From Octopus vulgaris (lineage: Eukaryota), in assembly GCA_951406725.2 (NCBI GenBank), contig OX597816.1, forward strand, positions 59,706,001-59,770,000: a stretch of DNA of 64,000 nt. Direction: 5' to 3'. The notes beneath the pieces are model-generated. The model was not told the DNA's origin, searched no databases, and saw only the letters and a list, made by a program, of their open reading frames with translations. The position numbers were made by a program, and so were the translations under genes. Positions 63,195-64,000 of this stretch are shown piece by piece (the stretch's first letter is position 1; every line of letters begins with the position of its first letter).

Positions 63195-64000
63195 CTATAA
63201 TAATAATAATAAAATTGTGTATTGTGCTCAGGTGCACAACTCATCAAAGGTGTATATACAGTAAATAGAATTATGTACAAAAGTCAGGAAAGTGAACAGT
63301 GTATAAGTCATGATACACATGCGAGCATGCTTATGGAGTGGGTGGGGAGATATCAGGTGTAGTGTTGGTGAATTTCAGGAAGCATTGAGGTTTTGAAGGA
63401 TGCAATATCTCAGCAACTAACAACTTATGCAGGTAGTTTGTTCCGTGCTTCAGCAACTCTGAGTGTAAAAAAATGTTTCGGAGAGTCATGGGAGCTGTGC
63501 TGTTTTCCGACTTTGTAGGAGGCATGCCCACGTGTGTTAGACAAATAGAGCTGAAAAAGGTGCTCAAGGTGGTTGTTGGCACGATGGTTAACAATTTTGT
63601 AGGTGTTTACCAAGTCTGTTATCAGGCATCAGAGCTTCAGTGTATTTATCATCTTATATGGATTGGATGAAGCAAGGTGTTCAGAGTATGGTAGATGCCT
63701 GATGGAGGGTATTCGCTTTGTTGCACGTCTTTGAACAGTTTCCTGGAGGTCAATATCCCGAGCAAGATAGGGGTTCCAGACTGATGATGCAAATTCCAAG
63801 TATGGCCACACCATAGCCATATACAGCCTTGAATAGATCGCTGGAGAGTGGCAGACAAAGTCTCTTGTTGAGTGATGCCAAGACACCCTCGTCCTTCTTG
63901 ACTATTTTAAAGATGGGCTTTGTGCAGTGCAAATCACTGTGGACAGTAATGGCCAGGTCACGTCCACATGAAAACATCTTGATACCAGTGTTGGTGAGAG
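63195..64000 (-). mobile_element. CR1/L2-type LINE 3' fragment (same family as 54 kb copy; runs off window)
   Basis: LYMAMVWPYLEFASSVWNPYLARDIDLQETVQRRATKRI, frameshifted continuation, same 3' UTR and (ATT)n tail. Confidence 0.92.

Noticed and set aside
134-63977. Most ORFs of 60-180 aa in the supplied track
   Set aside because: They translate SINEs, microsatellites or low-complexity DNA (recurring LQLDALPNANHSESV, HTHTHT, YIYIYI peptides) with no splice or homology support

Overview
AT-rich, repeat-dense animal genomic DNA, most likely a coleoid cephalopod (octopus-like SINE and microsatellite landscape; the taxon is inferred). The window holds one protein-coding gene on the + strand, cytoplasmic dynein-1 light intermediate chain (DYNC1LI/Dlic). 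Eleven coding exons between 6402 and 56450 splice in frame to about 460 codons. The first coding exon is probably upstream of the window. One intron (43559-46560) is a U12-type minor-spliceosome intron, and a long repeat-poor putative 3' UTR follows the stop codon. Introns are filled with tRNA-derived SINEs, TTAA (piggyBac-type) and mariner MITEs, decayed Tc1/mariner transposases and RTE, CR1/L2 and R4/Dong LINE fragments. The most unusual signal is a set of short non-autonomous elements carrying minimal Penelope-type hammerhead ribozymes, inserted as asymmetric fold-backs with roughly 10-13 bp target-site duplications. One family has a tRNA-derived Pol III head, i.e. a hammerhead-bearing SINE that seems to be mobilised like a Penelope element. 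A second, unrelated fold-back family has a hammerhead in its loop, and two related copies bracket a coding exon. All calls were made by eye; no database search or folding computation was run.
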